Below the pieces are notes generated by a model. That model did no database searches. It saw only the letters and a list, made by a program, of their open reading frames with translations, and was not told the origin of the DNA. Of a stretch of DNA of 64,000 bases, positions 42,244 to 51,890 are shown piece after piece (within the stretch, counting starts at the first letter, position 1; every line of letters starts with the position of its first letter). The position numbers and the translations under genes were made by a program. This DNA is from an uncultured Alphaproteobacteria bacterium. GTDB taxonomy: Bacteria; Pseudomonadota; Alphaproteobacteria; CAAGCB01; CAG-977. The stretch spans positions 98,410 through 162,409 of the forward strand of contig CAKQWA010000002.1 in assembly GCA_934277945.1 (NCBI GenBank). Reading direction: 5' to 3'.

Positions 42244-43278
42244 TTATAAATCAAGACGCATCGGCACAAACCGGATGCCGTCGCGTTCGCAAACGCCGTT
42301 CGTCGCCTTAAAGCCCCGCTTTTCATAAAACGAAACGGCGGATTCGGCGCTGTTGACGGTCAGGCAGTCCTTGCCGAGCCAGTTTTTCGCGCGGTAGGCG
42401 GCGGCGCGCAGAAGCATTTTGCCCGCGCCTTTCCCCTGCCTGTTTTCTTTCACGAACAGCAGGCACAAATGGTTTGCGCCGCGCGTTCCGGCGACTCCGA
42501 TCAGTTCCGCACCCCGAAAACAGCCGTAGAGCGCAATGTCGTTTTGCGGATTCGTCAGATTTTGCGGCGCGATGAATTCCAAGAAAGTCCGCACGCCGCG
42601 CGCGCTGTACGTTGGCGCTTCAAACCGCATGAAAACGTCTTTGACCAAGGAAACCGCGCCGTTCAACTCGAACGGTTCGATTTCGCGCACATAAAGCGGA
42701 TTGTTTTCGTCGTAGGAAAAAACGCCGTTTTCGTAATGCACGACAATCGGCGTGCCGTGTTCGATCGCCGGCATACGCAAGCCCAAATACAGCATGAAAT
42801 AGCGCAAAACCGCGCTGTGCGAGGCTATGCCGATCTTGCGCGACGGACAGTTTTCCGCCGTGCGAATCAGGGCTTCGACCATGCTTTTTTGAATTTCGCG
42901 CTTGGATTGCCCGTTCGGAAAGCGCGCGTCCATGAACGCATCGTCCAAATTGTGCCACTCGGCAAATTCTTTCGGGAATTTTTCCTTTATTTCCGCACGT
43001 TTCAACCCCTCCGCATCGCCCAAAGACGCTTCCATGAAGCCTTTTTCCTCGACAACGGGGACGTTCAGCGATTCGCCGACGATTTGCGCGGTTTTCAGCG
43101 CGCGTTTCAGCGGACTGGCGTAAATGATTTCAAGCCCCGCGCCTTTGAGATTTTCAGCCAGCGCGCGCGCCTGATTTTCGCCGTTTGCGTTCAATTCGGA
43201 ATCAATGCCGCGCCCCTGCCAGCGCGTTTGGGCGTTCATATCGGTTTCGCCGTGGCGAAACAGGTAAAAATCGGTCAT
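42244..43278 (-). CDS. fusion protein: histidine phosphatase (phosphoglycerate-mutase-like) N-terminal domain + GNAT N-acetyltransferase C-terminal domain (344 aa)
   Basis: RHG catalytic motif (LFRHGETDMN) and second His region (ASHSAVLR). C-terminal GNAT acetyl-CoA motif RQGKGAGKMLL. Confidence 0.75.
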   Translation of the reverse strand: MTDFYLFRHGETDMNAQTRWQGRGIDSELNANGENQARALAENLKGAGLEIIYASPLKRALKTAQIVGESLNVPVVEEKGFMEASLGDAEGLKRAEIKEKFPKEFAEWHNLDDAFMDARFPNGQSKREIQKSMVEALIRTAENCPSRKIGIASHSAVLRYFMLYLGLRMPAIEHGTPIVVHYENGVFSYDENNPLYVREIEPFELNGAVSLVKDVFMRFEAPTYSARGVRTFLEFIAPQNLTNPQNDIALYGCFRGAELIGVAGTRGANHLCLLFVKENRQGKGAGKMLLRAAAYRAKNWLGKDCLTVNSAESAVSFYEKRGFKATNGVCERDGIRFVPMRLDL

Positions 43279-43983
43279 TTAAAACATATCCAAGATGTAT
43301 TTGGCGTTTTCGCTCAACCGGTCGATTGTCCAAGCGGGCTCCCAAACCAGTTTGACGGTGACTTTGCCCGTTCCCGCGACTTTGGACACCGCTTCCGCCA
43401 CCTGATTGGGCATGACGCCCGCGACGGGACAGGCGGGCGCGGTCACGGTCATGTCGATTTCGACGTCGCCGTTCTGCATACGATCCAAACGGTAAATCAG
43501 CCCCAAATCGTACACGTTCAGCATCAGTTCGGGGTCTTCGACGGTCTTGACCGCCTCGATAATCGCGTCGACGGAAGCAATCGGCGCGCCGGCGGGAAGC
43601 GGTTCGCCGCGCTCGGCGACGTAATCCTGCCCGAATTCGATGTACGGCACGTCGCCCTGCCCGTTCCAGAACAGATTCGCCAATTCCTCCTCCTCGGCGG
43701 ATTGGCATGACAAATCCTTTTCGGCAAAAGCGGCGGTTTGCGGCTGCTCCGCCGGCTGTGCGGCGGTGTTTTCGGAAGATTCGGCGGAGTCGGAGACTTC
43801 TGCGGTTTTAACGGAGTCGGCGGGCGCGCCCGTCGCGGCTTCCACCCGCTTTTCCGGATTTCCGGCGGGCGCGGCGGACATCGGGATTTCCAGCGTTCCC
43901 GGAAAATCTTTCGGCAGCAGTTTCGCCAACTCCTCGTTTGAAAGCGTCGTCAAATCAATGTGTTTTTGAATTTCGTCCGTCAT
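43279..43983 (-). CDS. SUF-associated DUF59/MIP18-family Fe-S assembly protein (SufT-like) with a ~130-aa acidic low-complexity N-terminal extension
   Basis: C-terminal ~100 aa matches the DUF59 fold (VYDLGLIYRL...VEIDMTVTAPACPVAG). Lies directly downstream of sufS. Confidence 0.7.
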   Translation of the reverse strand: MTDEIQKHIDLTTLSNEELAKLLPKDFPGTLEIPMSAAPAGNPEKRVEAATGAPADSVKTAEVSDSAESSENTAAQPAEQPQTAAFAEKDLSCQSAEEEELANLFWNGQGDVPYIEFGQDYVAERGEPLPAGAPIASVDAIIEAVKTVEDPELMLNVYDLGLIYRLDRMQNGDVEIDMTVTAPACPVAGVMPNQVAEAVSKVAGTGKVTVKLVWEPAWTIDRLSENAKYILDMF

Positions 43984-43986
43984 TTT

Positions 43987-45210
43987 TCACACTCCGAACA
44001 TTTTTTTCGCTTTTTCAATGCCTTGCGCCAAAACGTCAATCTCTTGCGCCGTGTTGTACAGTCCGACGGAAGCGCGGATGCTCGCCGTCAGACCGAAGCG
44101 TTCGTGCAAGGGCTGGGCGCAATGATGCCCCGTGCGCACCGCGATTCCCGTATGATCCAAAATCATGGACGCGTCTTGCGGATGCACGCCGTTGATGACG
44201 AACGACGCGACGCCCGCCTTGTCTTTCGCCGTGCCGATCAGCCGCACGCCGCGAATGTTTTGAAGCGTTTCTGTCAGTTTTTTCGCCAGAACCGCCTCGT
44301 GCGCCGCCACGTTTTCCATGCCGAGCGCGTTCAGGTAATCTATCGCGCATCCCAATCCGACGGCTTGGACGATCGCGGGCGTTCCCGCCTCGAATTTCGC
44401 GGGCAAATCCGCCCACACGCTTTTGTCGAACGACACGGTTTTAATCATGTCGCCGCCGCACTGGTACGGTTCAAGCGTTTCCAGCACGCTTTTTTTGCCG
44501 TACAGAACGCCGATTCCCGTCGGTCCGTACAGTTTGTGTCCGGAAAACGCGTAAAAATCGCAATCCGAATCCCGCACGTTCACCGGAAAATGCGTCACGC
44601 CCTGACAACCGTCGACACACGCCAAAGCGCCCGCGTCGTGCGCCGCCTTCACAATGTCGCGAATCGGAAAGACCGTGCCGAGAACGTTCGACACCTGCAT
44701 GACGGACACGAGTTTCGTTTTGTCGTTCAACAACGCTTTGAACGCGTCGAAATCGAACGAACCGTCGTCGCGCACGGGAGCGACCTTGATTTTAAAGCCC
44801 AAACGGTCGCGCCACAACTGCCACGGCACGATGTTTGAATGATGCTCTGCTTGCGATATAATGATTTCGTCGCCCGCTTTCAAGCGCGACCAGGCAACCG
44901 TTTGCGCGACCAAGTTCAGCGATTCCGTCGCCCCGCGCGTGAAAATGATTTCGTTTTCCGATTCGGCGCCGATAAAAGCCGCGATTTTGCGCCGCGCCGC
45001 CTCGAACGCGTCGGTCGCCTTTTCGGACAATTCGTACACGCCCCTGTGCACGTTGGCGTACGACGTTTCATAAAACGCCGCCATCGCGTCAATCACTTGC
45101 TTCGGTTTTTGCGCGGACGCCGCCGAATCCAAGAAAACCAGCGGCTTTTTGTGCGCCGTCGTCTGCAAGGCGGGAAAGTCCGCGCGGATTTTTTCGACAT
45201 CATACGTCAT
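43987..45210 (-). CDS. sufS: cysteine desulfurase SufS
   Basis: Start set at MTYDVEKIRADFP. PLP-lysine motif SGHKLYGPTGIG and catalytic Cys in RTGHHCAQP. Confidence 0.95.
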   Translation of the reverse strand: MTYDVEKIRADFPALQTTAHKKPLVFLDSAASAQKPKQVIDAMAAFYETSYANVHRGVYELSEKATDAFEAARRKIAAFIGAESENEIIFTRGATESLNLVAQTVAWSRLKAGDEIIISQAEHHSNIVPWQLWRDRLGFKIKVAPVRDDGSFDFDAFKALLNDKTKLVSVMQVSNVLGTVFPIRDIVKAAHDAGALACVDGCQGVTHFPVNVRDSDCDFYAFSGHKLYGPTGIGVLYGKKSVLETLEPYQCGGDMIKTVSFDKSVWADLPAKFEAGTPAIVQAVGLGCAIDYLNALGMENVAAHEAVLAKKLTETLQNIRGVRLIGTAKDKAGVASFVINGVHPQDASMILDHTGIAVRTGHHCAQPLHERFGLTASIRASVGLYNTAQEIDVLAQGIEKAKKMFGV

Positions 45211-45928
45211 GATTGAACCCTGCAAAAGCGTTCAGCGATTCGCTCAACGCGCCGCGCACGCTTTCGTCTTCGATTTCGTACAGAATTTCGCTTAAAAAAC
45301 CCTGCGTCAGCAAAGCGCGCGCCTGCTGTTCGGGAATCCCGCGCGTCATCGCGTAATACAGTTGCCGGTCGTCCAGCGAGCCGATTGCCGACCCGTGCGC
45401 GCATTTCACGTCGTCGGAATAAATTTCCAATTTCGGCACGGCGCCGACTTCGGCGTCGTCGGACAACAACAGCGCGCGGTGCTGCTGCGCCCCGTCCACC
45501 GCTTTTTTATCGTAAGGAATCAGCACGCCGCCCTCGAAAGACGCTTTGGCGCGGTCGTACACGGCGCCTTTAATCAGTTGCGCGGACACGGTTTCGTCTG
45601 CGTCGTGGCGAATGTTCGTCACAATGCCCGCGACGTCGTCGTTTTTCAAAACATACAGCATATCGCTTTGCAAACGCGCGCCCCTGCCGCTTAAAGAAGC
45701 CTCGATTCGCGTGTCGCCGCCGCCCAGTTTGACGGTAATCAGCGTGTAGGACGCGTCCTGTCCGACCGACGCGGTCAGAACGTTGTTCTCGCGGCTTTGC
45801 AGGCGGTAATGCACCAAACGCGCGCCCTTTTCCAAAACGATTCGCGTTTCGGTTTGGGGATCGGTTTCAAAAACAACGCGGCTTTCCCCCTCTTTCAGCG
45901 TCAGCGCGGATAAATTTTCACTTTCCAT
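45200..45928 (-). CDS. sufD: Fe-S cluster assembly protein SufD (short 242-aa form)
   Basis: SufBD beta-helix family sequence (KCAHGSAIGSLD) between sufC and sufS. Confidence 0.85.
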   Translation of the reverse strand: MESENLSALTLKEGESRVVFETDPQTETRIVLEKGARLVHYRLQSRENNVLTASVGQDASYTLITVKLGGGDTRIEASLSGRGARLQSDMLYVLKNDDVAGIVTNIRHDADETVSAQLIKGAVYDRAKASFEGGVLIPYDKKAVDGAQQHRALLLSDDAEVGAVPKLEIYSDDVKCAHGSAIGSLDDRQLYYAMTRGIPEQQARALLTQGFLSEILYEIEDESVRGALSESLNAFAGFNHDV

Positions 45929-46690
45929 TTACGCGCCCTTTTCCGCCATGAACTGCGCATAACCCGATTTGTCAATGATTTGCGCCAATTCCGCGCCGCC
46001 CGACTGCACCAGCCGCCCCTGCACCATGACGTGCACGGCGTCGGGTTTGATCAATTCCAAAACGCGCGAATTGTGCGTGATGATCATTACCGCTTTTTCG
46101 GGGGAGCGCATGACGTTCACGCCCGCCGCCGCGATTTTCACCGCATCGACGTCCAGTCCCGAATCCATTTCGTCCAAAATCATGAAATCGGGCTCCAAAA
46201 CAGCCATTTGGAAGACTTCCATACGTTTGGACTCGCCGCCCGAAAAGCCCGTGTTGACGGGGCGTTTGAGCATTTCGTCCGTAATGCCCAACGCTTTGGC
46301 GCGCACTTTGACGTGCTTCATGAACGACACCGCGTCCAGTTCGGGCAGTCCCGCCGCTTTGCGCTTGGCGTTCAGCGCGTATTTCATAAACGTCATGACG
46401 GACACGCCGGCAATCGCGACGGGCGATTGAAACACAAGGAAAATGCCTTCTCTGGCGCGCTCGTCGACGCTCATTTCAAGCAAATTTTTGCCTTTGAACG
46501 TAATGGAGCCGCGCGTTACCGTGTAATGCGGATTGCCGCACAAAACGTTGGACAACGTGCTTTTGCCCGAACCGTTCTGCCCCATGATGACGTGGACTTC
46601 GCCCTGTTCGACGGTCAAAGAAACGCCGTTCAAAATCGGTTTGTCGCCGACGTTAACGCATAAATCCTTAATTTCAAGCCAAGCAGTCAT
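45929..46690 (-). CDS. sufC: Fe-S cluster assembly ATPase SufC
   Basis: Walker A GQNGSGKST, ABC signature FSGGESKR, Walker B ILDEMDSGLD. Confidence 0.97.
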   Translation of the reverse strand: MTAWLEIKDLCVNVGDKPILNGVSLTVEQGEVHVIMGQNGSGKSTLSNVLCGNPHYTVTRGSITFKGKNLLEMSVDERAREGIFLVFQSPVAIAGVSVMTFMKYALNAKRKAAGLPELDAVSFMKHVKVRAKALGITDEMLKRPVNTGFSGGESKRMEVFQMAVLEPDFMILDEMDSGLDVDAVKIAAAGVNVMRSPEKAVMIITHNSRVLELIKPDAVHVMVQGRLVQSGGAELAQIIDKSGYAQFMAEKGA

Positions 46691-46699
46691 AATCTCTCC

Positions 46700-48151
46700 T
46701 TATCCGACGCTTCCTTCAAGCGTCACGGCGACCAGTCGGGTCGCTTCCATAGCGAATTCCATAGGCAGTTTCTGCATCACGTCCTTGCAAAACCCGTTGA
46801 CGATCAGCGACACGGCTTCTTCCGCGCCCAAACACCGCTGGGAACAGTAAAACAACTGTTCGTCGCTGATTTTGGACGTCGTCGCTTCGTGTTCGATGAC
46901 GGCGGACGGCTGGCGCGACTGCATGACGGGCAGCGTGTGCGCGCCGCATTTGCTGCCGATCAGCAAACTGTCGCATTGCGAGAAATTCCGCGCGTTTTCG
47001 GCGGATTTCGCCATTTTGACCAAGCCGCGATATGTGTTCTGCGAATACCCCGCCGAAATGCCTTTGGACACAATGGTCGATTTCGTGTTTTTGCCGATGT
47101 GAATCATTTTCGTGCCGGTGTCCGCCTGCTGACGATTGTTCGTAATGGCGACGGAATAAAATTCGCCGACCGAATCGTCTCCGATCAGCACGCACGACGG
47201 ATATTTCCACGTCAAAGCGGAACCCGTTTCAACCTGCGTCCACGACAATTTCGACTTTTCGCCGCGGCAAGCCCCGCGCTTCGTCACAAAGTTGTAAATG
47301 CCGCCCTTGCCGTCCTTGTCCCCCGGATACCAGTTCTGCACGGTCGAATACTTGACTTCGGCGCGGTTCATCACGACGATTTCGACAATCGCGGCGTGCA
47401 GTTGATTTTCGTCGCGTTGGGGAGCCGTGCACCCTTCCAGATAACTGACGTAGGAATCGTCGTCGGCGATAATCAGCGTGCGCTCGAACTGCCCCGATTT
47501 TTTCGCGTTGATGCGGAAATACGTCGACAATTCCATCGGACAGCGCACGCCTTTGGGAATGTAAACGAACGTGCCATCCGTAAACACCGCGCAGTTCAGG
47601 CAGGCAAAGAAATTGTCCGTGTACGGCACGACGGAGCCCAGATATTGCTTCACCAGTTCGGGATATTTGCGCACCGCTTCGGAAATCGAGCAGAAAATAA
47701 TTCCCTGCGCTGCCAGTTTGTCGCGGAACGTCGTCGCGACGGACACGCTGTCGAACACGGCGTCGACGGCGACGCCCGCCAAAACCGCGCGCTCTTGCAA
47801 AGGCACGCCCAGTTTGTCGTACGTTTTCAGCAATTCGGGGTCGACGTCTTCGAGCGATTTGGGTTCTTCCGCGCTTTTCGGCGCGGCGTAGTAATAGATG
47901 TCCTGATAATCAATCGGCGCATAATCGACTTTCGCCCAATGCGGCTCCGTCATCGTCAGCCAATGGCGGTACGCTTTCAGACGGAATTCCGTCAGCCAGT
48001 CGGGTTCCTCCTTTTTGGCGGAAATATAGCGGATGATGTCTTCGTTCAAGCCTTTGGGCGCGGTTTCGACGGCGACGTCGGTTTCAAAGCCGTACTTGTA
48101 GGTGTCGTTTTCCACCGCCTGACGCGCCGATATTTTTTCCGTCCGAGTCAT
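46700..48151 (-). CDS. sufB: Fe-S cluster assembly protein SufB
   Basis: Start set at [22 protein letters not shown] (ATG 48151, RBS aagg/aggg upstream). The ORF track start at 48319 would run through the fba terminator. Confidence 0.93.
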   Translation of the reverse strand: MTRTEKISARQAVENDTYKYGFETDVAVETAPKGLNEDIIRYISAKKEEPDWLTEFRLKAYRHWLTMTEPHWAKVDYAPIDYQDIYYYAAPKSAEEPKSLEDVDPELLKTYDKLGVPLQERAVLAGVAVDAVFDSVSVATTFRDKLAAQGIIFCSISEAVRKYPELVKQYLGSVVPYTDNFFACLNCAVFTDGTFVYIPKGVRCPMELSTYFRINAKKSGQFERTLIIADDDSYVSYLEGCTAPQRDENQLHAAIVEIVVMNRAEVKYSTVQNWYPGDKDGKGGIYNFVTKRGACRGEKSKLSWTQVETGSALTWKYPSCVLIGDDSVGEFYSVAITNNRQQADTGTKMIHIGKNTKSTIVSKGISAGYSQNTYRGLVKMAKSAENARNFSQCDSLLIGSKCGAHTLPVMQSRQPSAVIEHEATTSKISDEQLFYCSQRCLGAEEAVSLIVNGFCKDVMQKLPMEFAMEATRLVAVTLEGSVG

Positions 48152-48201
48152 TTTTACCCTGCCTTTTTCATTTACAGGAAAGATACAAAAGAGTCCCTTA
48201 T

Positions 48202-48237
48202 TTCTCAACAGAAAAATAAAAAACCCACCTGTTTTGC
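48202..48237 (-). terminator. rho-independent terminator for fba (minus strand)
   Basis: Minus-sense cccgcctg-ccgcaaaa-caggtggg hairpin followed by tttttatttttc. Confidence 0.8.
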
Positions 48238-48267
48238 GGCAGGCGGGTTTCTTTACGACGGCAAGCG

Positions 48268-49323
48268 TCAGATTTTGTGGTTCAATTCGCCCGACGCATA
48301 GCGTTTCGCCATGTCGCACAAACGAATCGGCTTGATTTTGGAAGCCATGCCCGCCGCGCCGAACTGTTCGTAGCGCGCTTCACAGACTTTCTGCATTTCT
48401 TCCATCGCGGGCCCCATGTACTTGCGCACGTCGAATTCTTCGGGCTTCGTCGCAAAGACTTTGCGAATCGCCGCCGTCATCGCCATGCGGCAGTCGGTGT
48501 CGACGTTGATCTTGCGCACGCCGTGCTTGATGCCTTCCTGAATTTCTTCAACGGGCACGCCGTACGTCTGCGGGATTTTGCCGCCGAATTCGTTGATCAT
48601 GTCCTGCAATTCCTGCGGGACGGAGGACGAACCGTGCATAACCAAAGCCACCGTCGGAATCTTCGCGTGAATTTTCTTGATGGTGTCGATGGACAAAATC
48701 GCGCCGTCGGGTTTGCGGGTGAATTTGTACGCGCCGTGGGACGTGCCGATTGCGACCGCCAGAGCGTCGATGTTCGTCGCTTTGACGAATTCGACCGCTT
48801 CGTCGGGGTCGGTCAGCAGTTTGTCTTTGCTGATCGCGCCGTCAAAGCCGTGACCGTCTTCCTTTTCGCCCTTGCCGGTTTCCAGCGAGCCGATGCAGCC
48901 CAGTTCCGCTTCGACGGAAGCGCCGATCATGTGAGCGATTTCGGCGACTTTGCCGGAAACGGCGGCGTTGTATTCGTGCGTCGCGGGCTTGCCGTCTTTC
49001 AGCGAGCCGTCCATCATGACGGACGTGTAACTGTTCGCCAGAGCGGTCACGCAGGTTTCGACGGACGAGCCGTGATCCTGATGCAAGCACACGGGGATGT
49101 CGGGATACATTTCGCACGCGGCTTCGACCATGCGGCGAATCATCGGGTCGCCGGCGTAGGAACGCGCGCCTTTCGACGTCTGCAAAATGACGGGCGAATT
49201 CGTTTTTTTCGCCGCCGCCATCACCGCCAGCACCTGTTCCATGTTGTTGATGTTAAAAGCGGGCATACCGTAACCGTACTCGGAAGCGTGGTCAAGCAGC
49301 TGACGCAAACTGATCATAGGCAT
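48268..49323 (-). CDS. fba: fructose-bisphosphate aldolase, class II (351 aa)
   Basis: Start set at [30 protein letters not shown] (ATG 49323, RBS aaggag). Zn/His motifs HQDHGS and HGSSSVP. Confidence 0.93.
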   Translation of the reverse strand: MPMISLRQLLDHASEYGYGMPAFNINNMEQVLAVMAAAKKTNSPVILQTSKGARSYAGDPMIRRMVEAACEMYPDIPVCLHQDHGSSVETCVTALANSYTSVMMDGSLKDGKPATHEYNAAVSGKVAEIAHMIGASVEAELGCIGSLETGKGEKEDGHGFDGAISKDKLLTDPDEAVEFVKATNIDALAVAIGTSHGAYKFTRKPDGAILSIDTIKKIHAKIPTVALVMHGSSSVPQELQDMINEFGGKIPQTYGVPVEEIQEGIKHGVRKINVDTDCRMAMTAAIRKVFATKPEEFDVRKYMGPAMEEMQKVCEARYEQFGAAGMASKIKPIRLCDMAKRYASGELNHKI

Positions 49324-49346
49324 TTTTATTTTCTCCTTGATAAAAA

Positions 49347-51317
49347 TTAAGCCAGAACGTCCGTCGCAGCTTTGGCGACGGCTTCGGGCGTGATGCCGAA
49401 ATGTTGATAGAGCAATTCCGCGGGAGCGGACGCGCCGAACGAACGCATCGCGACGATCGCACCGTCCAAGCCCGTGTATTTTTCCCAGCCGAACGCGCCC
49501 TGCGCTTCGACGGCGACGCGCGGGCAATCGCCCAAAACGGCTTTCTTGTACGCTTTGTCCTGCTTGTCGAACAATTCCCACGACGGCATGGAAACGACGG
49601 CGGCTTTAACGCCTTTTTCCGCCAAAATCTTCTGCGCGTTGACGGCGATTTCGACTTCGGAGCCCGTCGCCAAAATCGTCACGTCGCGCTTGCCTTCGCA
49701 ATCGGAAATGACATACGCGCCTTTCGCGGACAGATTTTCTTTCACGCTCGTGCGCAACAGGGGCAGATTCTGACGCGACAGCGCCAAAACGGACGGCGTG
49801 TGTTCGGCTTCAATCGCCAATTCCCAGCATTCGGCCGTTTCGACGGCGTCGCAGGGACGGAACACATACACGTTCGGAATCGCCCGCATACTCGCCAGAT
49901 GTTCAATCGGCTGATGCGTGGGACCGTCTTCGCCCAGACCGATGGAATCGTGCGTCAGAACGTAAATCGCGCGCACGCCCATCAGCGCCGCCAGACGCAG
50001 AGAGGGCTTCAAATAGTCCATGAACACGAGGAACGCGCCGCCGTAGGGAATGAACCCGCCGTGCAGGGCAATGCCGTTCATCGCCGCCGCCATGCCGTGT
50101 TCGCGAATGCCGTAGTGCATATAGTTGCCCGTGAAATCGTCGGGCGTGACGGACACGGACGCTTTGGCGTTCGTCAGGTTGGAACCCGTCAGGTCGGCGG
50201 AACCGCCCAGCAGTTCGGGAATCGCGGGGACAAGGATTTCCAAAGCCATTTGAGAGGCCTTGCGCGTGGCGACCTTGGGCTTGTCCGCCAGCAACTGTTC
50301 CTTGTACGCCATCATTTTGTCTTTCCAGCCCGCCGGCAGAATGTGGTTGACGACCGTGCGCTCGAATTCGGCTTTCTTCGCGCCGTCCATGGCGGCGAAA
50401 CGGGCTTCCCACGCTTCGCGGTCGGCTTTGCCGCGCGCGCCGAATCCGCGCCACGCGTCCAGAATGTCCTGCGGCACTTCAAACGGAGCGTATTCAAAGC
50501 CCAGTTTCTTACGGGCGACCAGCAGGTCTTCCGCGCCGATCGGCGAACCGTGGACCTTGTTCGTGCCCTGCTTCGTCGCGCCGTATCCGATGACGGAATG
50601 GCAGGCGATCAGCGTCGGCTTGTCGGATTTTTTCGCGCGTGCGATCGCCGCTTCGATTTCTTCGGGCTTGTACGCGTCGCATTCGTCCGTGTTCCAGCCG
50701 TTCGCTTCAAAGCGCGCGCGCTGGTCGGTCGACGTCGCGACGGACGTTGCGCCGTCAATCGTGATTTTGTTGTCGTCCCACAGAACGATCATCTTGTTGA
50801 GTTTCAGATGACCCGCCATGGAAATCGCTTCTTCGGAAATGCCTTCCATCAGGCAGCCGTCGCCGCAGATGACGTAGGTGTAGTGGTCGACGATGTCGTT
50901 GCCGTAACGCGCGTTCAGCAATTTTTCGGCGATCGCCATGCCGACGGCGGTGGCAATGCCCTGCCCCAAAGGACCGGTCGTCGTTTCAATGCCTTCCAAA
51001 TGGCCGTATTCGGGGTGTCCCGCCATTTTGGAACCCATCTGGCGAAAATTCTTGATTTGGTCGAGCGTCGCTTCCTTGTATCCCGTCAAGTACAGCAGGG
51101 AATACAGCAGCATGGAGCCGTGTCCGGCGGACAAAACGAAGCGGTCGCGGTCCGCCCAATGCGGTTCGGACGCGTCGAATTTCAAAAATTTAGAAAACAG
51201 AACGGTCGCGACGTCCGCCATGCCCATGGGCATACCGGGGTGACCGGAATTCGCTTTCTGCACGCCTTCCGCCGCCATGAAACGCAGAGCGTTTGCCAAA
51301 TCCTTATGAGAAACCAT
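49347..51317 (-). CDS. tkt: transketolase (656 aa)
   Basis: ThDP-binding [13 protein letters not shown] motif, HTPSV and GPTHQPIEH motifs. Confidence 0.97.
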   Translation of the reverse strand: MVSHKDLANALRFMAAEGVQKANSGHPGMPMGMADVATVLFSKFLKFDASEPHWADRDRFVLSAGHGSMLLYSLLYLTGYKEATLDQIKNFRQMGSKMAGHPEYGHLEGIETTTGPLGQGIATAVGMAIAEKLLNARYGNDIVDHYTYVICGDGCLMEGISEEAISMAGHLKLNKMIVLWDDNKITIDGATSVATSTDQRARFEANGWNTDECDAYKPEEIEAAIARAKKSDKPTLIACHSVIGYGATKQGTNKVHGSPIGAEDLLVARKKLGFEYAPFEVPQDILDAWRGFGARGKADREAWEARFAAMDGAKKAEFERTVVNHILPAGWKDKMMAYKEQLLADKPKVATRKASQMALEILVPAIPELLGGSADLTGSNLTNAKASVSVTPDDFTGNYMHYGIREHGMAAAMNGIALHGGFIPYGGAFLVFMDYLKPSLRLAALMGVRAIYVLTHDSIGLGEDGPTHQPIEHLASMRAIPNVYVFRPCDAVETAECWELAIEAEHTPSVLALSRQNLPLLRTSVKENLSAKGAYVISDCEGKRDVTILATGSEVEIAVNAQKILAEKGVKAAVVSMPSWELFDKQDKAYKKAVLGDCPRVAVEAQGAFGWEKYTGLDGAIVAMRSFGASAPAELLYQHFGITPEAVAKAATDVLA

Positions 51318-51477
51318 AAATCCTCCTAATTAGCAGATTGGATAAAAAAATTAAGTTGCTGGGAACTGTTATAGCACAACAAAATCAAAACGAAAAACAT
51401 TCTTAACGCGAATTTTGATTTTTTTTCAAATTTGTCGCCGAAAGGTTGAAAAGCGGGGCGGGAAAGTGAAAAAGACG

Positions 51478-51506
51478 TTGACCGGCGCGCATAAAGCGAG
51501 TATAAA
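51478..51506 (+). promoter_or_regulatory. sigma-70-type promoter for tRNA-Glu (TTGACC-17 nt-TATAAA)
   Basis: TTGACCggcgcgcataaagcgagTATAAAgcgcgtacaa directly precedes the tRNA 5' end. Confidence 0.6.
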
Positions 51507-51516
51507 GCGCGTACAA

Positions 51517-51591
51517 GACCCCGTCGTCTAACGGTTAGGACACCGCCCTCTCACGGCGACAATACGGGTTCGAATCCCGTCGGGGTCGCCA
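51517..51591 (+). tRNA. tRNA-Glu (anticodon CUC)
   Basis: 75 nt with encoded CCA. Acceptor GACCCCG/CGGGGTC, T-arm ACGGG-TTCGAAT-CCCGT, anticodon loop CTCTCAC. Near-identical overall to canonical bacterial tRNA-Glu. Confidence 0.9.
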
Positions 51592-51618
51592 ATCGGCAGC
51601 ATCAGCCGAATATGAACA

Positions 51619-51643
51619 ACGTCGCGCCGCGGCGTTTTTTTTA
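51619..51643 (+). terminator. putative terminator after tRNA-Glu (GC hairpin + T9)
   Basis: cgtcgcgccgcggcg followed by ttttttttt. Confidence 0.5.
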
Positions 51644-51701
51644 TGCCCGATTTTCGCGCGTAAAAACAAAGTTGCACTCCCCCGCCTTTTTTGCTAGGCT
51701 T

Positions 51702-51890
51702 TTAAGCGGCGCGGATTTTCCGCGCAAGTGCCTTTGCGGGTGCGGGGCTGTCGTAAGCTCTCATAATCTCATACGGCGCAAGATATGCGTCGACACCGTT
51801 TTGCGTATCGCAAATGCGGAAAATATCCCCGAATTCATCTTTGATGGTTCGGGGAGCTTTCGGTGTATGTTCAGAAGTTTCGACGAACAT
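51702..51890 (-). CDS. small hypothetical protein (62 aa) at the island boundary
   Basis: ORF with protein-like composition (MFVETSEHTPKAPRTIKDEFGDIFRICDTQNG...); weak RBS; no recognisable motif. Confidence 0.25.
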   Translation of the reverse strand: MFVETSEHTPKAPRTIKDEFGDIFRICDTQNGVDAYLAPYEIMRAYDSPAPAKALARKIRAA

